A stretch of 64,000 nucleotides of DNA from Eledone cirrhosa (GCA_964016885.1 OZ024740.1:173290001-173354000), one strand, 5' to 3'; counted from the first letter of the stretch, positions 1 through 14,533 are shown. Notes: generated by a model from the letters alone, not told the origin. A program made the numbers and translations.

Positions 1-268
1 TTTTTTCTTCTAACTTTAATTTTATACCTAATTGTGTATGGTTGACGGTATATTTAATCGATTTCCACGTGCTATTGAAATGTTGGGTAAATATTCTATA
101 GCGGTTGACCGCGAATAGATGGCTGTCGATTATTTATCCACTATTTCTTCATAGGTGCCTTTTAATCTTATAGCCTGGTTTAATTGTTTTTTTGTGTGGT
201 TGATTATGCTATTTGGGAGAGGAAATGGTGTATATATATTATCAAATGATTCTATGGACATACTTTAT
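1..268 (-). repeat. Unclassified interspersed repeat, homologous to 47495-47682 (+)
   Basis: Its reverse complement shares GGCTATAAGATTAAAAGGCACCTATGAAGAAA and GTCCATAGAATCATTTGATAA with the 47.5-kb copy; it abuts a (TA)n tract. Confidence 0.75.
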
Positions 269-269
269 A

Positions 270-308
<39 letters not shown>

Positions 309-327
309 ATCTGTAAATATATATATA

Positions 328-474
328 TAGAAGTGGTTACACAACAGTTAGTTCACCATACCGAGAATAATTGTTCTTTGTATGGTGAACTAACTGTTGT
401 GTAACCACTTCTACCTAACTCTTCCCATGGACTGAGTACTCTACCACTACGTATATTACCTTCCAGTGTTCTAC

Positions 475-478
<4 letters not shown>
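328..478 (+). mobile_element. Short PLE-type terminal insertion (inverted arms plus tail) between (TA)n tracts
   Basis: Inverted arms of ~33 bp at 329-361 and 380-413, then a 65-bp unpaired tail containing ACTC..GAGTAC; (TA)n on both sides. Confidence 0.65.
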
Positions 479-727
<249 letters not shown>

Positions 728-728
728 A

Positions 729-1472
729 CTTGCATCCAATGATGTAGACCAGTTCTTTTTTTGGGGTAAAAGCATTTACATATATATACACTTATATATA
801 CAGGATGTTGGCTGCAACTCGATTTCGTGTAATGCCATCGCTTGATAGCATGAGCATAAGCATCACGGACGTGACTTTTAATCCTGCTAGAGACTTGCCT
901 ATGGCCAGCAATACCATGCCTCGCCAAAACATGTCCCATATCAAGCGATACCTGCACTTGAAGCTTTTTTAAGTGATGAAAGGCTTTGCGCGGAGCCAGT
1001 CCTATTCTCTAAACATCGTATGCATTTACCCCAAAAGATGAACTGGTCTACATCATTGGATGCAAAAGATGCTGCAGGTTTTATATCAGATTGACCTCCT
1101 TCTAGAGAGATGTCTTACTGAAGACATCCTTCGTTTTTGCCTCTTCCCTTGGTTGAATACACATGATCCCCCCCCCCCCCCTTTGATCGTTCTCCTAATT
1201 TCACCAAGTTGCTAAGGATATATTTTACTGAAGAGATCTTGTAAAATCGAAACATGTCTATCGCGTTTACCAAGTTAGCATGAAGTCAAGTTCATCTCCC
1301 ACTGCATTATATAAAAATGTTTCAAAGGTTTTTGATCAGCGCCGTATAAAGGAGTTCGTTCTCCTACTTACTTGTCACGATCAAAACATCCTTCCTAAGT
1401 GTGATTCGGTCTTGAAATTGAGAGGATATTCGTGGTTGTTCGATATTTTTCACACTCGTCCCTCTCACTTAG
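729..1472 (+). mobile_element. Decayed Penelope-like element 3' part (GIY-YIG remnant, degenerate hammerhead)
   Basis: The + strand at ~910-1130 reads PCLAKTCPI (Cys linker) and ELVYIIGCKRCCRFYIRLTS (GIY-YIG-like VY..C..C..YIG.T), with stops. CTGAAGA..GAAACATGTC lies at 1228-1258, and 730-771 is an inverted copy of 1025-1065. Confidence 0.7.
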
Positions 1473-1493
1473 ACACACACACACACACATATG

Positions 1494-1796
<303 letters not shown>

Positions 1797-2425
1797 TATA
1801 TATATATATATATATATATATGAATGTATTAGTGGGTAGTAGGTCAAATTTTTTCTGTTTTGCAGCTAGTTTTGCAGTCTAGTTTACCCACAGGGTTTAT
1901 TTGAACAGTGAAGAGAAATGTGTGTTTATTAAACGTACGCCTGTGAATTTGTTTAAAGCATATAGACAAACACAACATATGATATGTGTGTGTGTATGAA
2001 CCGTAAACTAGAGTATTTTCATGTCGTTGTTTCCCGTCATCTTGAAAGACATGACCAAATAACGGCACCAGCGGTATTGAAAACTGGTTGTCTGAAATGC
2101 TTGTTTATGTGGCTGTATTGTTGAATAGCTTAATAATACCAGAAGGTGTCAGTGTTAAGGCTCTTACGACTGTGACACAGACCTGACCTGACCACACATA
2201 TATACATATATGACCTGACCACACACATATATACATATATGACCTGACCACACACACACACATATATATACATATATATATATATATAGGAACGATCGAC
2301 TTTAGTCAAATCGGACCGAGGAAACAATGTTTCCATTGGTCTTTCCAGTTGCCTATACTATCTATCGGTCACAACTCCAGGTAGAAGCAGCAACGTGAAA
2401 TAAAGTGTCTTGCTCAAGGACATAA

Positions 2426-2482
<57 letters not shown>

Positions 2483-2518
2483 ATTAATAAATGGAAAATA
2501 TCTTTACGAAACCATATT

Positions 2519-2579
2519 TATTTTATTATACGTAGTTCAAGGGTACTAACATTTAAGTACGCTTTCGTCAGATAAAATA
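2519..2579 (-). ncRNA. Degenerate minimal hammerhead ribozyme (GAAC instead of GAAA)
   Basis: Minus strand: TATTTTAT CTGACGA aagcgtact..agtaccctt GAAC TACGTA TA ATAAAATA; same family as 5506-5570. Confidence 0.6.
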
Positions 2580-2580
2580 T

Positions 2581-2749
2581 AATTGTTTCTATGTTTGGCA
2601 CAAGGCCAGCAATACCCAGTGCATTACTGGTACTTTATTTTATCGACCATGTAAGGGTGAAAGGCAAAGTTAACCTCGGCGGGATTTGAACTCAGAATGG
2701 CAAGGGCCATAACTCTATACGTCAAAGCATGGCATCCGACCCTCTACCG
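2581..2749 (-). mobile_element. tRNA-derived SINE (major family), 5'-truncated
   Basis: B box GAGTTCAAATCC, central TTGCCTTTCA..GGTCGATAAAATAAAGTACCAGT and tail GGCCTTGTGCCAAA on the minus strand. Confidence 0.9.
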
Positions 2750-3744
2750 TGTTAAGATAGTGACATACCTTCATGTGATTTTAATGATATAAGCCCACTG
2801 AAGGTAGAGATTGAAAAATTCAAAACTCAGGGATATATGTTAATGAGGATACGTTAAAACAGAAAAAAGCCGTTAAATTTAGACGCTTGATAAATTTTGA
2901 AAGAAATCCTTGTTTATATTGTTAATGCGGTTGTTATTATAGAGTGAAAAGTTAATGTAGTTAGTTAAAGTGATTACCATTCGCTATGAATTGTAAAGTA
3001 GTGACTATATCACTTACTTATACTCGGCAAAAACAAAGGGGAATAATCAACAGTCCTGTTTCTCGCTCATTAGCGGTGATCAAGACTACTTACCCCTTCG
3101 CTTTACATTCATATATACATCGCTATATCAGAGCACCAATACTAATACCTAATTTTTGCTGGACCGGCAACCGCTCTGTTTAATCAGCTCTTAAACATTA
3201 CTGGAATTCTATAAAAATCCAGCTTCTATAATTCTCGGCAGAATATAAACTTTTATATATATGCAATCCTTATCAAGCCCTCTTTGGATTTTGGTCTTCG
3301 TATTTATTATTACTATATATATGGTTGAGATTACATGTCCAAATCTGTCAGTATGTGTATACGTAATTGTATAACCTTACATGCTATGATAACGTACACA
3401 GATTTTAAAGTCAGACAGAGACTTTCTTTTCTTTCGTTGTCCCAAAATACTCCATGAAGTTCCTGTTTACCATTTGTTTGCATATACACAGAGAGAAGGG
3501 GGTGAAGGACAGCGCGCGCACACGCACACACACACACTCACACACAAACACAGAGGCACTCACACTTATACAGATACACAAACACCTATACACATGTACA
3601 TACAAACACACGTCGATTATGTTATTCACAATATCAAGTATGTTTGATGTTATCTTTTTCAACCTAATTGTAATCGTATTATGCAGCAATACAGATTCTG
3701 TTTTTTTACAGTTTGATCGTTTAGCGAATGTCATTCTTTTCAAT

Positions 3745-4402
3745 ACTTCTCGACTATCCTGCGAATCGGCGTTTCCCTGAGGCTCGGCCTCCGGATCTGC
3801 CAGCCACACCAATGTCGCTGCGGTTCCACCGTGGACTCATCGGCCCCCACCCGCTTTCCTGTCGTCACAGTGCCGGCCGCATTCCACGCGATGTTGCCCT
3901 CAACGAGATCATTAAGCATGGCTTGGACGCTGCAGGCTTCCCTTCCCAGCTCGAGCCGGTGGCGCTGGATCGAGGGGACGGCAAAAGGCCAGATGGCATG
4001 ACCATCTTCCCGTTCCGCGGTGGCAAACCCCTCGTCTAGGATGCCACTTGCACCGACACTTTCTGCAGCCGCAACCTGGTGCAGTCTGCGACTGACCCAG
4101 GTTTTGCTGCACGTCGGGCTGAGGGGGCCAAACTCCTCAAATACCGGTCGCTCTCCGACAGGTTTGCGGTCGTACCCCTGGCAGTGGAGACTTCTGGTGT
4201 CCTCGGCCTCAGGGCTACCTCCTTACTCACCACCATAGGCGCTGAGCTAGCCAGCCGCAGGTGTGAGCCCCGCGAGTTGGAGTGGCTTTTCCAGCGCGTC
4301 TCCCTTGCCGTCCTCCCGGGAAACGCCTTCTTCATTCTGCCCGCCGGGGCTGTGGGTGGGCCCCCATCGCGTACCGTTGTAGTTGTTGTATACAGATATT
4401 AA
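3745..4402 (+). mobile_element. CRE-type non-LTR retrotransposon 3' fragment (restriction-like endonuclease domain)
   Basis: HPLSCRHSAGRIPR.ALNEII...LEP..LDRGDGKRPDG.T..P..GKPLV*DAT..DT, then AEGAKLLKY..PLAVETSG; contains a stop and a frameshift; GC-rich island. Confidence 0.85.
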
Positions 4403-4849
4403 CTCATCAATCCCATTGTCCTTTCTATATATACATAATCCAATACGTTCCAGTCGTGACCATTCGTTCTTATTTGACATTTATACATGAATTCCTTGTA
4501 ATATTTGAACGATCACAGTAAAGTTTCAGTGTTTAGGTAATAAATATATTCAATACGTCTTTTTCAACGAGTCGTACGACAAGTTGTGCTGCATCGCTAT
4601 CAATAATTGACGTTTGTTATCTGGCCGTCATTCGAAATATGATTATCAATATATACACCGTCCGCCCCGTCCGACCCCACCCACCCCAGCGACACACAAC
4701 TAAAAATACTTGTATATTTAACAGATTAAAGTTTAAGCAAAGAATCGTTATTTTAATAAATATTTGCTCTACGGTTCTTATATATTTGATATATATTTAT
4801 CCTTATCGAGCCCTCTTTGGATTTTAGTCTTCAAATGTATTATTATTAC

Positions 4850-4894
<45 letters not shown>

Positions 4895-4895
<1 letters not shown>

Positions 4896-5078
4896 CGAAG
4901 GAAATGTGGTAAGGAACCAGATGGACCATAACGCACCAAAGTACTCAATACTTAGGGTAGTAGAGTGAGTAATAGGAACAAGTATGACCCCGACGGCAGA
5001 CCTCAAGCCGTTTCGACGGCTAATTCCAGAATTAGCCGTCGAAACGGCTTGAGCTCTGCCGTCGGGGTCATAATTGTT

Positions 5079-5082
<4 letters not shown>
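4895..5082 (-). mobile_element. Family A fold-back element, copy 2
   Basis: Tail 4895-4971, then inverted arms turning at AATTCCAGAATT; (TA)n on both sides. Confidence 0.85.
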
Positions 5083-5134
<52 letters not shown>

Positions 5135-5135
5135 T

Positions 5136-5613
5136 GTAAAAGTTATATTTAAATTGTTGGGATACAACAAGCAAATATTTTTATAACTGATATAAAGCAC
5201 TCAACAAATATTTGGAGTAAAAATACGATATTAACAAATGGAAACTATATTTATAAAACCATATTTATTTCATTATACATATTTCAAGGACACCAAGTTA
5301 AATTATGGTGTGCTTTCATTAAATAAAATATAATATAGATCAGTTTTATAAATAAATATTGACATACCCTTAAAAAATGCAACCATTACTGTTGGAAGCT
5401 CCCGGATAATTAAAGCTACAACTCCACTATCTGGGAGCTTCCAACAGTAATGGTTGCATTTTTTAAGGGTATGTCAATATTTATTTATAAAACTGATCTA
5501 TATTATATTTTATCTGATGAAAGCACACCATAATTTAACTCGGTGTCCTTGAAATATGTATAATGAAATAAATATGGTTTTATAAATATAGTTTCCATTT
5601 GTTTATATCGTAT
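5136..5613. mobile_element. PLE-type fold-back with ~180-bp inverted arms, hammerhead and tail
   Basis: Arms ~5223-5407 and ~5426-5613; tail 5136-5222 on the minus arm carries ACTC..GAGTGC; microsatellites on both sides. Confidence 0.8.
5506..5570 (+). ncRNA. Minimal type I hammerhead ribozyme
   Basis: Stem I TATTTTAT/ATGAAATA, core CTGATGA (5514-5520), stem II aagcacacc/ggtgtcctt, GAAA (5551-5554), stem III ATATGTAT, predicted cleavage after AUA at 5562. Confidence 0.75.
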
Positions 5614-5619
5614 ATATAC

Positions 5620-5756
<137 letters not shown>

Positions 5757-5846
5757 CATGTGTGTGCGTGTACGTGTATGTATGTGTGCGTGTGTCTTTG
5801 GGCTAGTTTAAGATTATTGAATGTTGTTGGGTAGGGATGTATAAAA

Positions 5847-5878
<32 letters not shown>

Positions 5879-7354
5879 TAACAGTAGCACTAACACAGCG
5901 TGATTCAAAATAAAGGTGCATTTGAAAGCAAATACAGTATATTTATTCATAGTAAACATAGATAAGTCTTGCTGTATGTATTTTAAGCTGTGGTCATGTC
6001 ACAGCAATATCAGTAATTGTGTGAAAATGCTAAATCCTGATATTTCTGGATTTTTATCCATGTTCAATGACGTATGCTCTCTTGGTATTAAAGAAAAATA
6101 AACTGATATCTTATATAAAAGTTTTTGCAAACAATAGGTTTATGGAGATGATCATTTGCATATACGCCCCTAATACATACATACATACATACATACATAC
6201 ATACATACATACATACATACATACATACATAAATACATACTTCAAATTATGAACGCTCACTCAAGAAACGTCGACAATTTCCTTTCTTTACAACCTTGCC
6301 ACCGGGGAGGAGGCCGATCAAAAATAAGAGAGAGAGTACATACATACGTACGTACGTACATACATACATACATACATACATACATACATACATACATACA
6401 TACATACATACATACATACATACATACACACACATATCATGTATAAGAGTATGTATTTACACACTGTAACTTGATACTTTAAATACATTGTAAATTGATA
6501 TTATTTCATAATCTTACTCTTTCGTTTATCTCCAAACTCTACCGAACCAATACTTAAGTCTGATATTTGCAGCGTTAAGCGAGAGAAGGAAATCTCCCTG
6601 GATAAGACGCTGGTCAATGACATGTAATGTTCCTAGTTCGAGCCAGTGCCTGAGTATTTAGCGCCCTAGGCTGGCTGGACAATTTGCACCTCCTTATCCA
6701 TGTTATGCACCCCGTTCTCTCAAATAAAATACTTTTAACATACAAGTTGGCAAGCTGATGAATCTAGTTTAAGATACTTCTTTAGCTAAGAAAACTAAGA
6801 AAATTACCAAGTCTGCATTTTCCACTACACAGTTAACATTCATCCACGCCAAATAATGTAACAAATCATAACACTATAAGACATTTTCCACTGCTTTAGA
6901 TATTTGCATAACTCTGTTATGCAGCAAAGATATTTATTTATTTATTGATCACAGGAAATTATTATATATGTATTTAAAATTATACAAGCTTGTATAAAAC
7001 AATGATACTTTAAGTCTTTGTGATGCGCTTCTCTGAGATCTGCGCCATAGTCGACTGCCTAGTTGACCTTAATGCCAACGCCGATTCCGTTACTTGCTCT
7101 CATACCCCTTCTTAAGCCTCAGGTCAACCTCGAGCGAAAATATCTGATATGAGACATTCTAGCCCTGCTATTTCTGTATTTTTAGGGTTTTTTACGTTGG
7201 CCAATATATCGTTTCTTTTTATGACGACAGATTATGATTTGAAGAAGACTTGGCTGGTACTTATAGCAGGTCGTGCAATCTCAGCAGCTTAACGAATTCT
7301 AGTTGCGTAGGAATGACAAAAGATTTGTTCTAATTTTTTTTAACCCAAGTACTT

Positions 7355-7702
7355 CAGGTGGTCCGAAAGTCTTGTCACCTCCGACCAAAAAGTAATGAGA
7401 AACAGTTTATGTTCCCATCGCAGTATCGTCCTCTTCGGAGGAGCTGGTTCGCGGAAGTGAAATCATGTCGCACATCCTCCATGCTCTTGCCAGAATGCAC
7501 ATGATCATGTGTCCATACACTTGCAAACAGCCTCTCTTCCAAACTGTAGGACCTCGTGTCAGCCATCTGAAATAGAAAATTATATTATTATTATTATTAT
7601 ATATTATAATTAATGATATTATATATTATATTATTAAAACAAAAAATAATGAAAGTTAAAACAATATGTGACAAGGAGTGACAAGACCTTCGGACCACCC
7701 TG
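7355..7702 (-). mobile_element. Internally deleted Tc1/mariner-superfamily element
   Basis: TIRs CAGG(G)TGGTCCGAA(A/G)GTCTTGTCAC at both ends, TA at the right end; transposase-like N-terminus MADTRSYSLEERLFASVW at 7566-7375. Confidence 0.7.
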
Positions 7703-9350
7703 TACAACGCTGACGGTATAAATACTCAGATATGTTATAGCAATAGTTGATATCATTACATAAACTTGTGATAGATAAATAAACTTAACGTTAGTCATCA
7801 TCTTCATCATCTGGTATCGTCTGCTCTCAGCATGTTGCATATCGTGGGTCACCATCTCAGTCTTATAGCATTGTTCTTATACATTCACAGTATTTTTAAA
7901 TCTGTGCAATTCTTGAAATTATCCATCCAATTCTTTGCTTCCTTCTCCCCTTCTACCTATTTATTATCTCTGTAAAATGTTTTGTTCTAATTAAACGTCT
8001 TCAATATTTTAGTTTCAATATTTTAGTTACCTTTCTTGGTGGTGTCTAATAAAATTTTCTTAGTTTTTGCCACATTTAGTATTTCATCATTAGTTTAGTG
8101 TTCTGTACATGATATTCTTAAACGTCTTCTATATGCCCAAATCTCAAAGTTTTCTAATCGATTTGAAATGCTAGTCAATTATTGTAAAATATCTCCCAAT
8201 CTAACACAATAAGTTCTATGCTGTCTTCTATGCGGTCGTTTAGCTTGACAAAATTGCAGCTAAACCTTCTACCAACTTTATGATAGATAACATATAGTAT
8301 ACTGCAGAGAGCATTAAACAGTTAACTAGAAATGATTATGTGCTGAAGTAGAAAGAATATATTTACTTCTTCGAAACTCGCTAATCAGTGAATACAAACC
8401 GCAGATAAGTTCATTTAATTGATTACACTTTGAATCATTATAAAGTACCAGTAATTGCTGGCCTTGTACCTAACGTAGAAACAATTATTTGAACTGATTA
8501 AATAGTGACATAAGTAGATGTACAGATGGATAGGCGGGCGCCGTAATGACATATGGCGTGTCATAAGGCAGTTTTTAAAGCCTGATGGAGTCCATCTCCT
8601 CCCCACGTCCGAGCATAGCCGAATTCTTTCAAAGAAAATAGGGATGAAGCGGGGAAAGAGATATAGGGGAAGAATTGACCCTAATAATAAACTGATATTT
8701 TTTTTTTCGAACCCAAATGAAAGGTTTCAATTTACATTGGGAATATTTTCAATTTTTTTTAATGGAAAATGATATGAACATCACTCTCCACATCTGATTT
8801 CTGTAGTGAGAGGCTGATAGAATTGATGTCAGTCTATTGAATAAAAAATAAAAACCTAATTCAGAACCTACAAATTTTTCTAAGAAATGTTATAATTAAG
8901 AGGACAGGGTCGGCGTTTTTCTCAGCCTATCGACTAGCTCAACAGTGAGCGTATACTAATAGTTATCCTAAATACAGAAGATTAATTAAGACTGTAACGT
9001 AGACATTAGTCAGATGAAACGTGGACAGTAGATAATCAGCTGTTACACTACGCACTGTTGATGTCCCATAATTATTATGGTAACATTATATGATGGACTA
9101 CTGTATTATGCCGTAAATTAAATGATTAACAGCATATTATGTTTTTAAAATATATTTTACTTGTAACCTAGACGATAGGTACTCCATAATTGTTACATGA
9201 AATAAACATGCGTACGTATGAACATCATTCACAAAACAGTTGTCGACGTCACAACTATGAACATTGCTAACAAAGTATATTTCCAAATTGTTCAGCGTTA
9301 TGTTATAACTGCATGTGTTTGTGTGTGTCCCCTAGTTTGTGTTTGATATA

Positions 9351-9428
9351 CAGGGTGAGGTATAAAGATCTCCCACATTCTTCTTTTATATCCCCTCAAA
9401 ATGTGGGAGATCTTTATGGCCCTCCATG
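9351..9428. mobile_element. Tiny Tc1/mariner-type MITE
   Basis: TA|CAGGGTGAGG..ATAAAGATCTCCCACATT / AATGTGGGAGATCTTTAT..CCTCCATG|TA hairpin. Confidence 0.6.
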
Positions 9429-9526
9429 TATATAGTGTTCAAATATAGATCTCTTTGTAAACAGAACGATAAGGATACTTATATTCTGATAAATGACAAA
9501 TTAACAGTGAAACATGAAATGGGAGG

Positions 9527-9684
9527 AGACCTGCCAACCTCTAAAAACCCAAACTTGAAAAAAAGTGCCCAAAGATGAGCAAGAAATGAGGCAAAATGGG
9601 GAGATTTACATAAACGGGGATACTGGGAGAAATGAGCCAAAACGGAGAGATCTCCCCATCGGACTGAGAGAGTTGACAGGTCTG
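9527..9684. mobile_element. MITE, probably hAT-type
   Basis: Imperfect TIRs AGACCTGCCAAC / GTTGACAGGTCT and repeated internal GGGAGA motifs. Confidence 0.5.
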
Positions 9685-9925
9685 CGACAGCCCCGTATAC
9701 AATTAGAATCGCAGAATGTTTTTCAAATTGGTTTAATTTTACGAGCATTACAAACTGGAGATAAACCTACTAAATTATTCATTTTCTAATATAGGATGTG
9801 TACATTATATATATATAAACTAATACATATCTTCATTGTACTGTCGTTTGTTTTATTTCTGTTTACTTTTCACACACACACACACATAATACATACATAC
9901 ATAGATACATAGATACATACATACA

Positions 9926-12808
9926 TATTAACAAGAACAAAACATCACCAAAAATACCATCATATATAACTAAAATAGAAAAAAAGATTGCTGACCTACG
10001 AAAAACCATATACCTGAAGAAGGTAGATGAGAGAAAAGTGCTTAATAAAAGATTCAGACGAAACCAAACATCAGTCTATAGAGATATGAAGAACAAAATA
10101 ATAAGTGTCACTGAGGCCCCATCCCAGAAAGACAGATTCCTTTTGGAGCAAAATATGGGGTGAAAAGAAGAATTTCAACCAAGATGCAGTGTGACTAAAA
10201 GAAATCCGAAAGAACTATTGCTCCTACACTACAACAAAAACATACGAAATAAGTGAGGGTACCCTTGAGACTGTGATAGGAAAACTCCAAGATAAGAAAA
10301 CACCAGGAAGAGACATGATTGTTGGCTACTGGTACAAAAAAACTGATATTCTATCGGAGGTATCTTACTGACCTCTACCAACAAGTTCTTAAGGGAGCTA
10401 CACTTATACCAGAATGGTTGACATTAGCACAAACGTTACTGGTCCCAAGAACAAAGACACTTGGCAAAAAACTACCGACCCATTGCATGCCAGAACCTGA
10501 TGTATAAGATGTATACAGCCTGCCTGAACGTATTCCTCCAAGATCACTGTGAAAATAATAACATCATCACAGATGAACAAGCAACTGGAAAGAAGGGGTT
10601 TGGGGATGTGCTGAACAACTCCTAATCAACAAAACTGCGATGTCGGAGGTGCGACAACTTATGAGGAATATGGCTACAGTCTGGCTGGACTACAGGAAAG
10701 CTTTCGATTCTGTTCCCCACTCTTGGATGATAGAGGCCCTCCAACTTGGTAAAGTCCCAGACATTATTATCAGAGCCATAGAGAAGCTGTCTTCTTCTTG
10801 GGCTACTATCCTAAAGTTTAAGACAGAGTGGAAGGACTCTATTTTCACTGATAAAATAAAATATCGCAGGAGTGTATTTCAGGGAGACAGTCTCTCTGTG
10901 ATATTATTCATTATGTCATTAAACCCCTTGTCCTTTCTGCTCAAGAAATGTGAAGGATACATCATTGGCTCACAGGCGGACAGAAATACGAACCTAACCC
11001 ATAATTTCTTTGTGGATGATCTGAAACTCTATGCCAAGAACATGGATGGGATGAAGAAAAATCTTGACCTGGTTACAACGTTCTCAAAGGATGTAGGAAT
11101 GGAGTTTGGCCAAGATAAATGCTCATATGTGACTGTAAAGTGGGGAAAAACAATAACCCAATCTAGCAACATTGTCATCAATGGCCTAACTGTTTCACCG
11201 ATATTTGATGAGGTCTGCTAAAGATACCTGGAGATAGATGAGAACATATCCTATAATGGTATCTGTAATTAAAAACGCGTAACCAGGGAATACTACACCC
11301 GATTAAGAAAGATTTGGTCATCGGAACTCTCTGCGCAAAACAAAACAATGGCTCACAATGTGTTTGCTGTGCCTGTCCTAACACCAACCTTTGTAATAAC
11401 AATTGGACGTTAGACGAAATCCGAGCAGTTGATGTTGGAAATCGAAAAATACTGGAAACTTCCACATCAACAGTGACATAGACCGCCTTTACTTGAAACG
11501 TAAGCAGGGAGGCAGAGGCCTAACATCAGTCCAGACAGCATTTGAATGTCGCATCATATCCCCCCCCCCCCCCCCGACAACATCTACGAACCTCGAAGCG
11601 TAGGAGCCCGTCTCTCGAGCAAGTCTATCTACATGAAACAGTTGAGAAGGAACTCATGAGAGTTGGGAAGGAACTCCTCGAGAGATATTCCCTGTGTGAT
11701 AATCAAAAACTCACACCCAGGAAAGTCGCTCAGCAGTATCGTCGTGAATCCGTCGTGGATGAAAACTACATGCTTATCAGCAAAAAAATCATGCATGGAT
11801 ATGCTGCCAGGAAGCTCCAGAGTGAGAGTAATATAGATAAGGAAAGTAGTCTATCTTGGACCAACAACCGCTATATTGGCTCCCACTTAGAAGGATACGC
11901 TTTTGCAATCCAAGAACAGGAAATTAACACGAAATACCTGATTCACAAAAGATATAGGGATGCAGGCAAAACACCTAGATGTGATAACAAGTGCAGACTC
12001 TACAGAACTAACATCGACGATATCACCCATGTCATCAGCAGCTGTCCAAAGATGTCATCGCGGTACTATCTACCTATGAGGTATGATGTAGTGGCCAAAA
12101 CTCTGTACAATGCAGTTCGTAAAAAGGATAGCCCCGATAATAAACACATTAAAAGCTACAGCAATGTGGAAGACATCCATGTACATAATATGAAAGAGTA
12201 CTGGTGGAATGTTCCAGTAAAAACCCCAATAAAATGCAGGCATAACAGACCAGATATTATGATATGGGACAGGGAGAAGAAAGCATGCACAGTAGTGGAA
12301 ATTAGCTGCCCAGCAGATGCCAATATAATATCAAAGATTAGTGAAAAGGAAAATATGTATGCAGAACTGATGAGAAATCTGCAGATACTCCCCCCCTGAT
12401 TACACCTTCCGATTTATGCCTGTGATTATTGGGGCACTGGGGTATGTTAGTAACTGCTTCAATACAAATCTTGAGACTAGGCTTCACAGGAACAGAAAGA
12501 ACACAACTAGTTAGGAAATTACAAGTACAATCCATTAATGGAACAGTAAAAATATGTAAAACATTCCAAAAATGTTGCATCTAATAACTGCATATACACA
12601 TGTACAGATACAAAGCATATACACATGCACACATACAACTCATAACATACACATCCACACATACAATAACATCCATTCTACACATGCATACATACATAAT
12701 CTACCTAGTTGATGTTGTGTAAATTCCAATGAGAGAGTCTTGTGTCTATGTTAGAAACCGACTCTCTCTCTATTGGTAAACATTTGTGAAATTATAAAAT
12801 CATAAAAA
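9926..12808 (+). mobile_element. R4/Dong-clade (RLE) LINE, 5'-truncated and frameshifted
   Basis: RT motifs WLDYRKAFDSVPHSW, FQGDSLS and FFVDDLKLY; C-terminal CRL..HVISSC, RYD, NRPDI..VEISCP (Zn knuckle plus PD-(D/E)xK nuclease); flanked by (TACA)n. Confidence 0.9.
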
Positions 12809-12842
12809 CATACATACATACATACATACATACATACATACA

Positions 12843-12873
<31 letters not shown>

Positions 12874-12977
12874 GCATATACACACATACACACATACATA
12901 ATTTAGATTTCGACGAAAATCAAATTACCATTTTCTATTTTAATATGTCAATTCATTATATTCTTTGGCATACTTCT

Positions 12978-13152
12978 GGCATAAGGCCAGCAATTACCCC
13001 AGCGCATTACTGGTGCTATATTTTATCGACACCGTAAGGATGAAAAGCTAAATTAACCTCGGCGGGAATTGAACTCAAATCGTAAAGGACCGTAACTCTA
13101 TGCTGCAAAGCTTGGCGTCCGACCCTCTACCGATACTGCCAATACACCGCCC
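12978..13152 (-). mobile_element. tRNA-derived SINE (major family)
   Basis: Full consensus match on the minus strand, including A box TGGCAGTATCGGT. Confidence 0.9.
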
Positions 13153-13429
13153 ATATTCTTTTATGCTACTTGTTTCAGTCGGCTGACAGCTGGTATGATG
13201 AACTACTTTTTTAAAGGCTTTTGTCGTTTATATCGATCTCAGAATGAGGAAAACTACATGGCCTATGTGGGAATCGAACTTAGAACATAAAGGACTTAAC
13301 CAAGTACCACAAGGTATTTTATTCGACGTGCTACCGATTTTGGCCAGTTCACATATCAAACCAGTGGACGCTGTCTGGCAGAATGGCAAAGAAATTAGCA
13401 TCACAATCATTAAGCACATAATTTTGTAA

Positions 13430-13655
13430 GTAAAACTGGGTTGGCGGAAACTGTATGGAAGTCCGTCAGATGAACTGTATCTGTAATTCAAATAGACAGC
13501 CTTGTCATACTCTGTGTCACACTGAATATATCTGAGAATTATGTTAAAGTTACACGTGTATGTGAAATGCTCAGCCACTTACATGTTAATTTCAGGAGTA
13601 AGCTGTGCCGTTGATAAAAAACTGGAACACTCATCATCGAAACCGACGGAAATTC
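13430..13655 (+). mobile_element. Second SINE family, 3' part
   Basis: CAGCCTTGTCA..GTGTCACACTGAAT..CTGAGAATTATGTTAA..GCTCAGCCACTT is shared with 49017-49330 and 56900-57080. Confidence 0.65.
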
Positions 13656-14287
13656 ATTCCAGTTACACGTATGAAATTAAAACAAATTAACAAAATAAAC
13701 AGATAAAAAAACTTATTACTCTGGTTAATGATTCTCTTAACCTAAAAATGAAAAAAGAATAATGAATAAATATTATCAGGCATTGTACAATAAGAGATCT
13801 GTTGTCCAATATTTAAAAAAAAAATGACATCGAACCATATTCACAAGTGTATTATGAACAACGCCCAAATAGCTCGGCTGTTTACGTAGAGACGTAAAAT
13901 GTTGAGAAATTGTCGACCAGTTTGTTTATAATCGAAAGCAAACATGTTTTTAGATGTTTTTCATTTCATATAGAGAATAGTGTTTGTAGAATTATTTCTC
14001 CAAATCTAGTTTGCATGCAGCCAGCTGTTGTATGTATATCTGTATGTAGGTACGTGTACAGGATAGATATATAGATTTGTGTCATTTACTGTGTGTGTAT
14101 CTATTTATAAATAATATCAAAACTTGAATGAATATTCTTAAAATATTGGTGGCTGTAGTTGCATAAACCGAGGAAAAACTTTGTTTGTTAGTTTATGCAA
14201 CTGTCACCACCAGTATTGTAAGAATATTCATTTAAGTTTTGATATTATAAGTATTTGAAATGAAGGAGTGTTTTTGTGGTCACCCTG

Positions 14288-14407
<120 letters not shown>

Positions 14408-14533
14408 AGAGGGGGAGATCCTTCACCACCTTGACCAGCCCGACTGTCGGATGTCGCTGTGAATCTGCTGACCACAGCATTTCATCCATTCCGCTCTTGA
14501 TCTTGACCTCCTTCTCTATTGTGGTTCCATTAT

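Noticed and set aside
6640-7090. Possible hAT-like MITE (GCGCCCTAGGC.. / ..GCGCCATAGTCGACTGCCTAG)
   Set aside because: Termini are too decayed to define TIRs or a TSD by eye.
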